A DNA stretch of 59,430 bases, counting the filler, from Sphacelaria rigidula (lineage: Eukaryota): the NCBI GenBank assembly GCA_964200075.2. It is 10 parts of 10 records of this genome, joined end to end, with 100 filler letters (N's around TTAATTAATTAA, not from the genome) between each part and the next. Parts side by side here need not be neighbours in the genome. Positions count along the whole stretch, not along the records: positions 1 to 5,854 come from CAXNAA020023958.1; positions 5,955 to 11,807 come from CAXNAA020023959.1; positions 11,908 to 17,760 come from CAXNAA020023960.1; 7 more parts are not named here. One strand, 5' to 3'. A program made the position numbers and the translations under genes. Below the pieces are notes generated by a model. The model was not told the DNA's origin. It searched no databases and saw nothing but the letters and a program-made list of their open reading frames with translations. Every line of letters begins with the position of its first letter. Within the stretch, counting starts at the first letter, position 1. Below, piece after piece: positions 1-13,850 of the stretch.

Positions 1-2930
1 CTCATCTCGAAGTTAAACCTCAATTCTCACAATTTGTTGTTCAATGCACCTTAACGCTACAAAAACTCAAGTTTATTCTCGGGGCTATGAACAATCAGCT
101 CTGTTCAGTTCCGTTAATACTTGCCGCGCCGGTTGCCACTCCATCCACTTTTTCCAGCTAATCGCCCCTCCCGGCTGGTAGGGGGTCCCGCTCAGGAGCG
201 TCGCCCAAGTCAGAAACATTTCCCGTGTTTGACCTTGTTTTCCTGCGGTAACCGTAATTGGTTGTGAATAATGTAACCACTCACTGCGAGCTGATACGAG
301 CCTCGTACTGCTCGAACATGTGATCGGTATGTAGTGGGGATTCGAACATCATTTCTCTGCACCATCCAGCAGTGGACCCTCTTCTTGGGGAACTGGGGAT
401 GGGAAGAAACATGCCACACCCTGGCAGTACCGTGGGCAATTGAAGTAAACAGATTCTCAACGCAGCTTATTCGATAGAACGCTTGTGTGTTTGGTGATCG
501 TCCTTGACCGGATTTGTTTTCTTCGGATGAGGTCCATACCTGCTACATTACTTCGACGTCTTGTGAGTATCTCCTGCTTCATGTTCACATCGATCTTCAT
601 GCCATTGTGAATTGGGGTATAGAGTTCCCACCATAACTGAGACCCACCTCTTCATTTCTTCGTTTATCTCATTCGACTGACCAGCCTTCGACCGACCCGA
701 TGTCAGCGATAAAACAAACTGCAGAACAACCGGGCACCACCGACGTTTGCGGGACCTGAACTGCGGTAGACTGCTGACTTCAACATTACAGTCCAATCGT
801 ACACAGTGTTTCTTTCTTATAAACTCCCCATCATTGAACTACTATAAAAATTACTCGGTATAGACAAGCGGCGCAACACCTCCACATGAACTGGACAACT
901 GGCGCTCTCGTACCCATTTCCAGTTGAAATCCAGTAATAGCAATGGAGATATAGATTTTTAACTGGCTCACTCCCCAGCTCATTTCTTCGATGCTTTCGG
1001 TGTACTTTCCCACCGGAGTTGGCGCCAACCACTGCAAGCCCACGATTCGACACACATTCGGAACGGGACGCTAGGACGGGACCTCCCACCTTCTTTGTGG
1101 CAATACACTCCTACATGCTAGACTTGCTTGTACAGAATGCCACACTTGCGTGGAGGCCGTGGTTTCCTCAGTGCCAGTTCATCGAGAAGTATCCTGATAA
1201 CCGAAGGCAACTTCTTATCCCACTTCCCCCCTTTTCAACCTACTTGACATCGTTGCTTTCAACACCCGTTCGTCGCGTATTCGCTCACAGTACAACTATC
1301 TTTCCTCCCGTACTATTTTCTCGGTGAACTTTCCGCAACTGTCGCTTCGCCCTCCTTCCAACTCATTCGGCATTGACAGGTTCTCCACCTGCAACACCCA
1401 CATCTTTGTCTCGCAGGATAAAAAACCAGTCCCGAAGGGCTCCAGAAAACAGCTGCCCGCCCTCTGCTGAGCGTGTGGCGGCGAGATCGGGATCAGCACC
1501 CCGTACCACCGCATGTGCAATCCTACCGGCGGTAAAGACAGGGTATACGCCCACGCGGACTGCCGCGCGCGCGTAAAACCCTCGTGAAAGCGGCCAAGAA
1601 GTGCAATCATCCGTGTTACGAGTGTACATCAACCTACCCTATTAGTCGCGTGTACCTATCGCTATTACAGCCTTGATTTCCAAAAAGTACGGCGCGTCAC
1701 GGTGATTTTGTATTATGACAAGATTGTAAGCAGGGCAGACGGATGTATGGGCAGCTGCCCTACCCCCCTGTCCCACTCGAAAACCCCGACAACAGTCTTC
1801 AGGTCTAATTGGATATAAGGAAGAGCTTTGCTCATCAGCTACCCACCGATCTCCTGTCTTCAGTGTCGCGAGTCCACAGCCTTATTGACGTGAGTCTTAG
1901 CTGTGCTGTACTATCACCCTCCATCACCATTGTTACTTGTTTGCTGGCTGTGGGGCTGTTCCAACTAGACAGCTGGCTATTGTATTGAGAGAGAACATTC
2001 AGCTTTGATATCTCAAGCCGAACACAGGACTGGCTTGTCACATTCCCTCCTTGGGGTGCGACTTGCTTTGCTAGCGATTACGTCGCACTATGATCTCTTG
2101 GCGGGGGATGGCGAACCAGCTTTCATAAGGTGCGACCTCTGTTTCTACGACACGCGTGCCACGCTCCTGTCTGCTTTCCAACAGCACTTGTTGAAGGAGA
2201 AAGCGTCATATGCGTCGAGAAACGACGATTCGACACCGCGCAAAGCACCGCGGGTCAGTAATAACTCCCTGTCCCCTGCCAGAAACCAACCCGTCACATG
2301 CCACCAACTTAGATCTCCGCTCCCCTTGAAAAGAAGAAAAACAGTATGCCCCGACAAGGTAGCCGACCCATGGCCACCAGGAGCGGAGCTGGAAGCTAAA
2401 CCGCCGCTGACGGTAAGTACCACAAGTGGTCATTCCTTGTCCCTGTTCAACTCCCTCTCAACTATGTGTAGTCGTAGTTTCATCCTGCCCTCTCACACCT
2501 TCAATGATTGCTCTCGTCGGTACTAGACTTTTCTTCCTTTATTTCTTCCAGCATGCCTCAGAGCAATCTTCAACCAGCACGCTTGTTCACGTCTCTTCGT
2601 TCCTTTACCTCTCCCTTGTCTACCTTCTTGGTACCGTGCTGCGTTCCAAAACCAGATGTCTACACTCGGAACGTGACGAACTTCGTCAGATCCGACATCA
2701 TCCACGTCAACTTCCGTCAGTCTCAGTGACTTTTTAGCGGCGTCGTTTCTTCTCGTTTTGGGCTCGGTTCTTTCGGCGTTGTGTAGTCTTACAGTAACGT
2801 CGTCAAACCGACTTCTTTTTCCCAGTACTTTTCGGGGGCCAGGATTGGGGGGCATTGGGTGTATCCTCAGCTTTATATTGCCTTCGTTCTAAACTGCTCC
2901 CGACACATAACGGAAATATCTGCTTCTAGC

Positions 2931-3240
2931 GCCCCGGTGGTGTATTGATCCGACTGTTGCCATTGGGGCGGAGAGAACGGGGGTTCGATTCCCGATTGGT
3001 TGGGTTTCTTCTTCGTTATGTACGATTTCCACCGTGGAAAACGTGAGTACGTGGGTAAACAATATATGTCGACTGGGTTTGTGTGACGTGGGTGGACGCG
3101 GTGCGGAAGTGCTGACCCAATCCGCAAGAGCGAAACGAAAGGCGCGTACGGGGGGAGAGGTGAGTTGATCCCTCGAGACCACGGACTGATTCCGAGGAAG
3201 GGGGGGTAGAAAGTGTGAGGGGGAAAACAAAAAGGCAGGT
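2931..3240 (+). mobile_element. tRNA-derived SINE, family A
   Basis: Head GCCCCGGTGGTGTATTGA (A-box-like) and GGTTCGATTCC (B-box, ~2982). Colinear with 35462-35619. Purine-rich tail module CCCTCGAGACCACGGACT..GAGGAAGGGG. Confidence 0.8.
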
Positions 3241-3919
3241 AGACTTGAGCTTCTCGAACTTGAATTAGCTCTGGGTAATTACACCGAACTAATATTAGGG
3301 TGATCAACTCACTTGATGCTGATGCCGAGCCAAGTCAGTTGATGTTTCGTCGATGAAGTCATCGCCTAATTTCCTTGAACCTGGGATATTTTTCGATATT
3401 ATCAAGTCTTTTTCGGGGTAGTTCTCGCTGCTTGCCACATGTCGATTCCTGCGTTTGCTGTTCCTACATGTACATGCAGCAGGAGGTGGTAATTTGGTCG
3501 TCTAGATCGCACCCCGGTAATTTGCTGGCTTGCAGTGTGTTCCTCGTTGCTCGATCGGTTTTGGCGGGGTGATTGTTTTCGTGTACAGGTTTTTGTGCAA
3601 AGACATCCACTGTCGGCTCTTGGTTTTATGGTCATCGTTGGTGAGTTCCTTGCACCCCGTGACCACGGGTCGGAGATAAAAACTCATGTAGTGAAATAAT
3701 TAGACTCATGTGACGTGAGCTCTCAAAATCGAAGATGACAGTACCCCGCCGGTGTGAGTTGAGATGAAACGTGCCCGTGCCATGGTTTTTGCGCACGAAA
3801 TACACCCGTGTCGTGCCTATCCCGACTCCCCGAAAAAAAAAGAATCGTCAAAGAACGAGCACGGCGCCTGAACTAGTCGCGGTGCTATCAACAATGCCCA
3901 ATTACAGGATGAATTGATG

Positions 3920-4885
3920 GGCAGAAGGAAGATTTGTTTCGAACAGCTTTTGCTTTACAAATTCCACCTACCAGTGTATATGGGATTTGTACAGCCTGTG
4001 CTGTTCGAAGTAAATCCTTTGCTTTATGCCCGGCGTCGGGCATGAAGGATTTATTTTGAACAGCAGAGGTTGCCCGAATTGCGTTTTCCATAGCATGCGC
4101 AAGACTTCAAAAATAATCCAAACGATTTCGATACTGACGCAGACCTTCGAGCGNNNNNNNNNNGACCCCAACCTTGAGAATCCTTTAGAGGATTACAAAT
4201 GCCCAATACCCTCTAGAGGGAATTTTAGAAACGGACGCTAGGTAGGGTTTCGTTTTACAAAATCCTCTACAGGTAGCCGAATGGCCGCGTGCGTGGGATT
4301 TGTAACCAACCCAGGCTGTTAAAGACTTCGCTCTCTTCGCCCAATTGATATATGAATTGGGGTGCAAGAGGATGAGTTTTCAACAGTTTCTGCTGCCTCT
4401 CGAATCTCATCCATTGATACGGTGCAGTACGTGGGACCTGAACGGCAAAGGCTGGTCGCAAATAAGTTCCTTTTTCTGCCCAATTTCAGATATTGGCGGG
4501 CAAAATGGGGATTTGATTCGAACAGCTTTCGCAGTACAAATTCCATTTGCGAGTGTATATGGGATTTGTACAGCCTCTGCTCTTCAAAATAAAATCATTT
4601 TTGCCCGATTCTGAATTTGAAATTAGGACTTATTTCGAAGAGCAGAGACCGTACGAATTCCAGATTCCCATAGCACCTATTCCTTAAAAAATCCTGGGAA
4701 TTTCAATATTGATCCAGACCTTCGAGACCCCAAAATTCACAATCCTCGAGAGGATTGTGAATACCCAAGATCCTCTAGAGGATTGTGAACACCCAAGATC
4801 TAATAGCGGGGATTTCAAACGGACGGAACCGAGGATGACGTTCGGAAAATCCTCTACAAGGTAGCCGGATGGTCGCGTGTGTGTA
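3920..4885. repeat. Diverged tandem duplication (~580-bp period) built from imperfect palindromes
   Basis: The 3931-4017 and ~4510-4597 hairpin units are similar, as are 4085-4295 and 4665-4885. Internal palindrome TTCACAATCCTCGAGAGGATTGTGAA. A 10-N gap lies inside. Confidence 0.7.
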
Positions 4886-5648
4886 CTGATGTAGTGTCGT
4901 GCACTGTATTCCTCTAGAGTACCAAGGTACGACGCTGTACTCGAAGGATTGTTTACCGCTTGCCTGCTCTTCGGCTTCATGCACGAGTACGCAGTGTAAC
5001 ACTCATGCAGGAAATGACCTCGATCGTCTGTGTACAGAACCGTTTCACACACCTGTGATACTGTACTGTACTGTGTCTGTACTGCAATGAATCGGTAACC
5101 TCGGTTTTGAGTTCACGAATTTGATTCCCCTCGTGTTTTCAAATCGGGGTCCCGAAGAAGAGATTCGTTGCCATAAAAGTGGATCTGAGACATCGAAGCT
5201 TAACCGTTAGACAACGACCCCCCCGCTGGTAGATTGAGGTGGACACTACACGTCTTGGGTTCAGAATCATTCCTTTGTCATATATATGGAGGGAGTCGCA
5301 AATGCACTGGCTGGGGTCTCTCAGTATGAGTGCCAGGAGATACCATGGTGCCAACCCACCAAGCTCCCACGTGGGCAAACTCACACAGACCTAGCTATCC
5401 TTCCTTGACTTATCACAAAGTAGGTTCATCCATGTTAGACTGTTGATTAAGAACTCACGTGTTTCACAGCCTCATGTTTTATCTACAAGCAGCTCTCTTA
5501 CTCAGTGCAGCCGCAGGGCAGCCATAGGAGCAGAGCGTAGTAACAGAGGATTCTATAAAATGAGGTTCATCAATGACATGAGGTTCGAGCTCAAAACACT
5601 ACGTTCTCCATGCTTTCAGCGATGGTGCCTAATGACTTTCTTGTCGAC

Positions 5649-5850
5649 CTAATGCCCCTCGATTGCGTAGATACTTCTTCAGCGCATTTTATCGACTCTG
5701 TGAGCTTACAGCGCTGTCCGAAACCGCCATTTCTACTTATTTTTAGGGCGGGGGTGATATCAGGGAAAACAGCAGTTTCGGTCAGCGCTGTAAGCTCACA
5801 GAGTCGGTAAAATGCGCTGAAAAAGTATCTACGCAATCGAGGGGCATTAG
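5649..5850. mobile_element. MITE with 76-bp terminal inverted repeats
   Basis: Arms 5649-5724 and 5775-5850 match at 73 of 76 positions. The ends can be read as TA-flanked. Confidence 0.8.
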
Positions 5851-5854
5851 ACCG

Positions 5855-5954
5855 NNNNNNNNNNNNNNNNNNNNNNNNNNNNNNNNNNNNNNNNNNNNTT
5901 AATTAATTAANNNNNNNNNNNNNNNNNNNNNNNNNNNNNNNNNNNNNNNNNNNN
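5855..5954. other. Artificial contig spacer (44N-TTAATTAATTAA-44N); recurs at 11808-11907, 17761-17860, 23714-23813, 29667-29766, 35620-35719, 41573-41672, 47526-47625, 53479-53578
   Basis: Identical 100-bp spacer with stops in all six frames, separating pieces of 5852-5854 bp (size-sorted contigs). Confidence 0.98.
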
Positions 5955-6086
5955 AGCAATAACGCTCATCCATACTGCCTGACACCGTTTGGAACCAAAT
6001 ACAAGCGCAACCCAAGTGTGGACGGGTGTCTGACACACTTATGAGCCTCTTTTTTCGTTCAACCAAATACCCTTCCCCCCTAATCG

Positions 6087-6167
6087 TAATCGTAGGATGA
6101 CTCATTGGCCGCTTAATCGTAGGATGACTCATTGGCCGCTTAATCGTAGGATGACTCATTGGCCGCT
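6087..6167 (+). repeat. 27-bp minisatellite, 3 perfect copies
   Basis: TAATCGTAGGATGACTCATTGGCCGCT repeated three times with no spacers. Confidence 0.95.
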
Positions 6168-9100
6168 TTCGACTCTCGATCGTATCTTCCACCCTCAATC
6201 TCACGAAAGAGTTATTAGTGCTCGGGACATGGCCTGGTATGAATGCACCATATAACAACGGGATTTTACAACTTTAGGATGGATTATGTTTTTTACGAGA
6301 AAGAACTTTGGGAACCTTCATGACCATCGAAATATTGCGAAAAAGAAATGCAAATGCACTGCTCTCCGGTCGTGATGTGTGTGCCTTCGCTCATTCTCGG
6401 AACAAACCCTTTTGCAATTTATAAAACCCCGCATCGACAGGGGATTCAGAACATCAATTCATTTTTGTACGGCAATGAACGGAGGTTGAAATTGTTCGGG
6501 TTCAACACGGGATTTTACGAACTGCGGATGGATTCTGATGGGGATGAGCAAGGCCACACGACCATCCTCGGATTGTGGTATCCCGTGCTATATATACATA
6601 TACATGAAAGCTTCTCGCTTCGAGTAAAAAACACCACGTAAGTGATACATAGTATATAATGTATATACCGGGCCAGCTGACTTTTATTCTTCACCTCGGG
6701 CACCCTTCAACCTCCCCCTAAAAAAGGACAGTCTCGTCATCTCATCATGTCAGGCGTGTGAGATCGAACACCTTGCAGAAGCAGCACACACACGCGCTCG
6801 GAATAATACGAAACAAATGCTCACTATCATGTAGGAGTGCTTGAGAGTGGAAGAGGAAAAATACATACACAGCAAAAATAGGGAAAAAAACAACACAATA
6901 TATCAGACCGGAAAACACTCAAAAACTGCCCACCGAACAAGGAAAAAAACGCAATCGAATGATTTGGAGAGCCATTGCTATTTTCGATTGCTGCTGCTGC
7001 TACTGCTGCCGTAGCTTCCATCAAGCCAAGACGCCACCAGGAGTACCACTGGTGAAGAGACCTAGACTAAAGTTTTTTTTCAAGACAGTTTTTTTCTTTT
7101 GTATGTGTGTGAGTGTGTACGTGTGTGTGTGCGCGCGCGCGCGCCATTTTTTCCTCCCTCGCGTGCTGTATCACAAAAAAAGCACTACAGTACTTGCAAC
7201 AACAGACAGTCACACCATCAACCACTAGAACCTCCTTGTATACACACAGCATGTTCCATACATGGTATGCGCCACCAAAACGAAGCTCAAGTATCTAATT
7301 TGCAACGCCAAACCACGTTTTCCCTTCTTTCCCTCACGGCCTGACACAAATTTACGGGAAGGGAGGGGGAAGGGGGGGAGGGAGAGGGGGAGTGAAAAAA
7401 CTCTAGAAGTCAAGACGTACGTAACATGACACTCGATCTCGAGGGAACAAACCCGGACGAAGTCTTCAAAACACGCCCCCTTACTCTCCTGTGCACATGC
7501 CGCGCGAAACCTCACTTTTGGATACTTTAGGTCACGACGAGCGCGACGGATATCCCCCTCCCCCCCATAACCCACTGTCAGCCCGCACACCAATCGATTT
7601 CCAGCGCTGAATTAACATCCGACGAGGCGAAATTGCTCGTGCCCTTCACAAATTGTGTGCACGAGCGCCGTACACTCCTCCGTGTGTGCCTGCCGCTACT
7701 CATGAACAGCACCCGCGAGATATATCACAGGGCGAAGCTTCTTCTCATACCAACAGCACTGCCTTGACAAGACGCTCATCTCGACACATAATCTCGATTC
7801 TTTTTTTCCATCACTACGATGCGAAGAGGAGAAGGTAAAGCGGGGAAAAAAAAAACTGCAGCAGTCGCTAATCCAAGGGAGGAAGTTCGCTTTCGAGACC
7901 ACACGTGTATTCGTCGTTTTCCAACCAATGTAACAGCACCTCTGCTCCTGCTGTATATCCATTCCACATGAATATATATATATATGTATATATCCCTTAC
8001 TGGCTTTTGAACGCAGAGCACGTGCGGGCGTCACATGGGCCCCCAGAAATGAGAGCGTCTTTTCACCCTGCATCACACATGAGTATCGCTTCGTTTGGCT
8101 CGAAGGAGTGAAGGAAGACGGGTGGTCCATCTGGGAGAGCGCTAGCTTCTAGCTTTTGAACAAATTTTCGATCAACTCAGATTCCTGCAACCCGAAAAAA
8201 CAATCTTGGCAAAAACAGTTTTCACGCACGTATCAAATCTCGCGGAAATTCGAAAAAGAAAAAAGATGAAAAAAACAATCTGTGTCCAAATTCTCCTTTT
8301 TTTGCGAAATCGTGGCTGCCGTTTTTTTCAACTTTCGTTCCTTCCATAGGAAATTTCCCGTCTATCGTATCGCACGCATGAACAGAGGGTTGTTTGTCCA
8401 CAGACCCCTACACACAAAAAAATGGTACACCTTCATCTTCTCGAACTCGCGACACTCAATAAGCGATTGTGGTGGCACTAAGCCCAGGTTTACTCAGCCA
8501 AGACAGAAAAGACGAAAAACGCGAAAACACGATTGAGTGGGAATGAAAACATGACGAACTCCTCGCGAGCAAATACTGCTCAACTACGAGCAATGGCAGA
8601 CACGCCGGAGGACAACGGGCCGAGAATTTCGCTCTCTTTTTGCCCCCCCCCCGCGCGCGCGCTTCCTGTTTCCTCCCCCACATGCTCGCTGTGCATACAT
8701 GCGCTTTGTTAAATTACTGTTCACCTCCAAATCGTGAGGAGGGACGCATCTACACGCCACAGCGTCTAGAACACATGGGAGAGGGGGAGAACCCTAGACA
8801 GGAAGAACTCCAAAACGCTCAACATCGTGCAGCGGCCCCTAACACACGCCACGGAAACCCTTGTACTCGATAGACAGCACAATATCAAGCCATGATTATC
8901 ATGACGGTTTCCTTCCTTTCTTTTTCTCAAGTTTCATGGCAGAGGACGGTGAATCCGCCCCCCTTCCCCCCTACGTGCCTCCTCGCCCCTGTACCTACTG
9001 TACAATCCACGTGCATATCAACAGAGTGTGACATGTGACTCCCCTGTCCGCCCGTCCGCCCGTGCCGGCCTCCTGCCTTCCCCCAAGCGTGCGTGGCTGC

Positions 9101-9270
9101 TGTCAGCTACTGAGAGCTATCCCGCCCCTAACGAGTACTTCATCCAAACAGGACACGCTCATCAATATTCGGCGGTAACTCGACAACACAGGACGAAGAG
9201 GTCAGAACACAAAAGCAGCAGTGGGAAAGTGGGGGGGCGGGGGAGGGGGGCGCTAGTCTTCAACCAGGTA

Positions 9271-9463
9271 TCAGTAGATCATGCTGGCACTGCCAGTTCG
9301 ACTGCGCATGCCCCTGCCCGTCTCTGGTACTGCTAGCGCCATCCGATCCAGGTCCGTGTTGCTCATAGCCGCCACGAGACGACTGCTGCTCAAGGACGAC
9401 ACTAGTCGCTCATTGGATGGGTATGCCCTGAAATTGACCAAATCGGAACCCTGGCTTCCGTAC
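9271..9463 (-). CDS. Terminal exon of a sugar-porter (MFS) transporter, cytoplasmic tail
   Basis: Acceptor tttcccctcag|G. Its phase joins the upstream exon (TC+G = Ser), then reads YGSQGSDLVNF...SMIY*. Confidence 0.75.
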
Positions 9464-9596
9464 CTGAGGGGGAAATAACCATAGCAAACACAAACGAACA
9501 AAAACGGGGCGACGTGATGGAAGTGCGGGTTGTGTACCGACCGTACTCCCATCTCAATACACGGACTAACTTGTGTGGACTATTCAGAGTGCGGTG

Positions 9597-9950
9597 TGTG
9601 TGTTGTCGTGCCATCCATTCTGGACAGCCGGTCTACACCTTTCGGTGTACGTGGGCGCACCAGCCGGGGTCACACAGGAGGAAGGTCAACACAGAAGTTT
9701 TCTCTTCCTTGTTTGTTTTTAGAACAACACCTTCCTTTTGCGGTGCTTGCCTTTATTTTCTCACTGCGAGAGGGCTTCAGCAGTCCCTTTCCCTCGTCGA
9801 CCGTGAAGTCGAATGTTGTGTACCCACGACATAGTCGCTCTCCACTGTTGGGCATGATGTGAGAAAAAACCCCAGATCGCTCCGAGAATTGAACCCACGA
9901 CCGAACCGTCAGAAGATTTCGAGGTTACCAACTGAGCCACTGGGGCGACC
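9597..9950 (-). mobile_element. tRNA-derived SINE, family B, full length, intronic
   Basis: Head GGTCGCCCCAGTGGCTCAGTTGG (A-box) and GGTTCAATTC (B-box), (CA)n tail, 8-bp TSD GTGCGGTG (9589-9596 and 9951-9958). Colinear with 46957-47309. Confidence 0.92.
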
Positions 9951-10995
9951 GTGCGGTGATCATGATCATCAATCAATTACATGACGGCGAACAACGTTCC
10001 CGTCTAAGCTATGTATCTACCTACGTCAACGTTATTTTTTGACCAGCGTGCGCATGGCAACAATGTTAAAACGTGAGGAAGTGAGCGGCGGAACAGCGAA
10101 AAACAAAAATGACGAAAAGATTCGACCCGATGCGAAAGTGCTGATCCAATTCACGATACCCGCAATGTAAGGCACGTACTTAGCTGATGGATGGTGTATC
10201 GTGGATAGACGGATTTGATCCTTTGAGAATAAAAGACTCATGCCGAGGAAGGGGAGCGATTGATAGAATGACGGGAATGAAACGAAGAATCTAACGTAGA
10301 CCAAACACCGTACACAACAAAATAGTAGGCCATTATTCAACCCCGAGGAGGGGGAATGGTTGAACGTATGACGGGAAATATATACTCCGGAGTATACACG
10401 ATATAATACAGATAACAAACACACACGAAGTTATTGAATATATCCTACACAACAAATTAGTATGTCATAATCCACAAGACGACGACGACGACGACGACGA
10501 ATCAAAGTGGTGGGCACGTGATACAAAGTGTACTCACTACCGAGGTAAACTGTGATCTTCGAACCCAGTATCTCAAACAACGCGGGCCTTGAATGAACTA
10601 AGCTGGTATTTATGAACAGCGTCAGTCTTCGCTACCATGATTCTCTTGTTTTCTAGCCACTTCAAAAACTTTCATCATTTCTGGAGATGAGTCCGTGGTC
10701 TCGAGGGACACACCCATCCATCCTCCGGTACACGCCTTAGATTTTGCTATCGCGGAGTGGATCAGCACTCTTGTTGTTTGTACCTCATTTCACTTCTCTT
10801 TTTATCTTCTGTTTGTGTTGTGTGTGTTTGTTTTTTTGTGGGGGGGGAAGAGCAGAGCGGTGGGGCAAATATTGATCCACTTACACTATCAACGAAGTTC
10901 GAACTCGAATTATCATGGGTGGGGAACGACGAACGTCACAGGTTTGAGCACATAACGGATGGCAACCGATAGCAGGTGAAAACACAAACACTCAC

Positions 10996-11114
10996 GATTT
11001 CCACTCGGCAACGTCCTTCTTGATATGGAACTCGGCAGCTAGATCTTGGGAGATCTGCTCCAGGGTCTTCCCCTTAGTCTCCGGAACACAGAAGTAGTAG
11101 AAGAACACCGACGC
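10996..11114 (-). CDS. Penultimate exon of a sugar-porter (MFS) transporter
   Basis: ASVFFYYFCVPETKGKTLEQI contains the PETKG signature found after TM12 of sugar porters. Acceptor cag and donor gtgagt. Confidence 0.88.
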
Positions 11115-11306
11115 CTGGATATGATACAACGTACAACGAAGACAGGGGGGGAAACAACAAGTTGAGCCGGTACGCCGGATAACGACATGTTTGCGAAGAA
11201 ATAAACCTATGAAGCTCGGGCCGCTAGTTGGACGCTGAACGGACATAATTTTTCATTCATTTATCTGGGCGGGTGGGATGGCGGGATGGCGGGATGGCGG
11301 GCGGGT

Positions 11307-11622
11307 GGGGGATGCAATCACAACTCCAGATGCCGTAGTCATATGATCGTCGATCTCGCGTTCCTACAAAGCGGGGACGGAGCACGCCGAGTTTTCGCCG
11401 GACCAGGCGCGCAGCCAAGTGCGGAGCGCCGTCATGTGTTCGGCAAGTCCCATGAGGGGTGACCTGTATCTTGCCAAGATTGTTCGGCCCAAAGCGTACG
11501 AATCATCTTGCATGTGAATGAATGACGGCCTCGAATGAGCTGCTCTATTTTCCGGTATCGCCAATTCCAGAGACAGCCACGGGTTGCCCTGCCTCATGGG
11601 TGGCTCACAACTTGAATACGAC
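11307..11622 (-). mobile_element. Family D element, long form (diverged)
   Basis: Shares CCTACAAAG..GACGGAGCACGCC, CTGTATC.TGCCAAGATTGTTC and GCCTCATGGG blocks with 17904-18191. Abuts a G-run on the + strand. Confidence 0.75.
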
Positions 11623-11907
11623 ATGGTACCATCTGTTGGAAAATGAGGCTGCGGAGCCATGCTCTTCAACGCTTCGTATGGTATAGACTTTATGTATGTA
11701 GTGTTGGGATCGCAGGTGCCGGTCACGAAGGTTTGGTCTGATGTGAGGATATGATGTGGGATAGCAGTTGTGATGCATGAACCACTCTCCTCGGTTGACC
11801 GTTCAACNNNNNNNNNNNNNNNNNNNNNNNNNNNNNNNNNNNNNNNNNNNNTTAATTAATTAANNNNNNNNNNNNNNNNNNNNNNNNNNNNNNNNNNNNN
11901 NNNNNNN

Positions 11908-12246
11908 GGCGAGTTGTTCAAGTGCTCCGTGATCCGTATAGATCTCGAAGGGCATGTGAAACAAATATTGTCGAAGGTGCTTCATGGCCCAAGTGAATAC
12001 TCCGCCTTCCAGTTCTAGCGGGCTCCAATTGGCCTCGTTGGGCAGGGTAGCGCGGCTGATATAAAGGATGGGTCGGACAGAGCCATCAAGCTGAGGTTGA
12101 TTCAAAACTCCTCCAAATCCATTTGTGCTGGCGTCAGTATGGAGTTGGAAAAGGCGGGAGCCATCTTGTACTGCCTCCCAATCAGGAAAGCGAAGTACAG
12201 GCTTTTCGGTAAGCGTCTTGAGTAATTCACGGGTGATAGTCTGCAT
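11908..12246 (-). pseudogene. pol: Gypsy RNase H domain (truncated by contig end)
   Basis: LHTDAS..GFGGVL.Q, WSPLELE and IYTDH motifs. Confidence 0.92.
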
Positions 12247-12259
12247 TTATGTGATGAAA

Positions 12260-13090
12260 GAAAACACGGCTCCTTTCTTGAGCAGCTCAGTAAGGGGGCG
12301 AATCCGTTTCGATACATTCGGCAAAAAGTTGCGGTAGTAGGATAGCCCATCCAACAATGAGGGAAGTTGAGAAATGTTAGTTGGCATCGGCAAATCAGTC
12401 ATCGCCTTGACTTTGTATCCGGATGCAGGCCTACTGGCGAAATGGGATGCCCCAAGAAATCCAAGTCAGTCGCACCAAGGCGAGCTTTGGATGGAGACAG
12501 TTTCAAATCGTGCGTACGTAGGCGAGAGAGAAATTCTCGTAAAGTGCGTATATGTGCAATAGGTGAGGCATCGGAAGCGATAGCGTCATCCAAGTACATG
12601 ATGATGTGCTCAAGGCCCTCGGTGACGCGTTGCATTAAGCGTTGAAAGCATCCCGGGGCAGTGGCGGCGCCTTGTGGCATCCGAAGCCACTCATAGAGTC
12701 CGGACGAGGTGCAAAAAGCCGTCAGTGGGACTGGGTCAGGGTGTAAAGCATTCTGAAAAAATCCAGAAGCGAGGTCGAAGGTGCTGAATATTTGGCCTTC
12801 GCCTGAGGAGTCGAAGGTGCTGAATATCAATGTGGGGAATCGGAGGTTAACCGACGACAGTGACGCGGTTCAACCGTTGATAGTTTACGGTGATGCGTAT
12901 GTTTCCATCTTTTTAGGGGACGACCACAAGTGGCGAGGCCCAAGGAGAGGAGGAATGTTGTATGAGTCCCGCTCCCAAATACGCATCCAAGATGGCGTTA
13001 ACTTTCTTGGTAAGGATTGGGTTGGTACGGTATGGCCGACAAGAAATCAGCGAGACACCGGGTTGAAGGGAACTTCAAAGGGCAGCGTTT
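12260..13090 (-). pseudogene. pol: Gypsy reverse transcriptase (disrupted)
   Basis: SSSPWASPLVVVP, FSTFDLASGFFQ, MPQGAATAPGCFQR, YLDD and DFLGH motifs, with in-frame stops and frameshifts. Confidence 0.93.
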
Positions 13091-13850
13091 TTCAATGCCC
13101 AAGATCCGTCTTGGATCGGGAAAATCGGTCTTGGTACTGTAGCAGGACATCACTGAGTTCTTGGATGACTGCCGGTTCCCGGCCGGGCCCATGAAGGTCA
13201 AAATTGATGTCGCGCATGTGTGGCAGCAGTTGGTCCCACATGTGCAAGAAGCTATCCCGAGAACCTGGTGATAAGCGTTGAAGCACTTCAGCTGGAGGAT
13301 CGGAAGTTGACTGGGCAGGATCCACGGGGTGGACCTGGGGTGGAGTAGCAGAGGCGAGATCGAAATAAGGTTCATCGACACAATTTACTGACTCCGCCGG
13401 GGATGTGGTAGTTGGTGCGGCAGGCTCTGTGACGCACGTCTCGAGGGGGATGTGCATCAAGGGAGCAGCTGCGATTCCTACAACATCGCCGGGTTCCAAG
13501 TTAGCATGTCCCGTGAGAGGGAGGAGTTGTTGTCCCGCCGAGACAAAATGTTCTGTGTCGGCTGGTGCGCCAATACGGGGTGACATTTCGGCAAGATAAT
13601 GGCCCGTAAGTGCTGGCATGCCATTCCGGCGAACTAGTGCGACTTCAAGAAGTTGCGGGTCGTGGGAGAGTGTTATACCCACACTACCGTTATATCGTAG
13701 GTGGTAAGCAGCTCCGGTTGCTTGAGGATTCTTCTGATAAGCCAGGGCGCCGTGGAGAGTACCGAAGTGTTCGAGGTTGAATTCTCCACGCGGCGGGGAA
13801 CGTGGCGTTAATGGTGAAAGCGTGCGGCAGGTGCGTTTATTAAACCGCAT

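Noticed and set aside
210..2855. Short ORFs in contig 1
   Set aside because: No recognisable motifs or consistent splice structure. Possibly old TE debris, but not supportable.
6087..6167. CRISPR-like repeat
   Set aside because: Units are contiguous with no spacers, there are no cas genes, and the context is eukaryotic.
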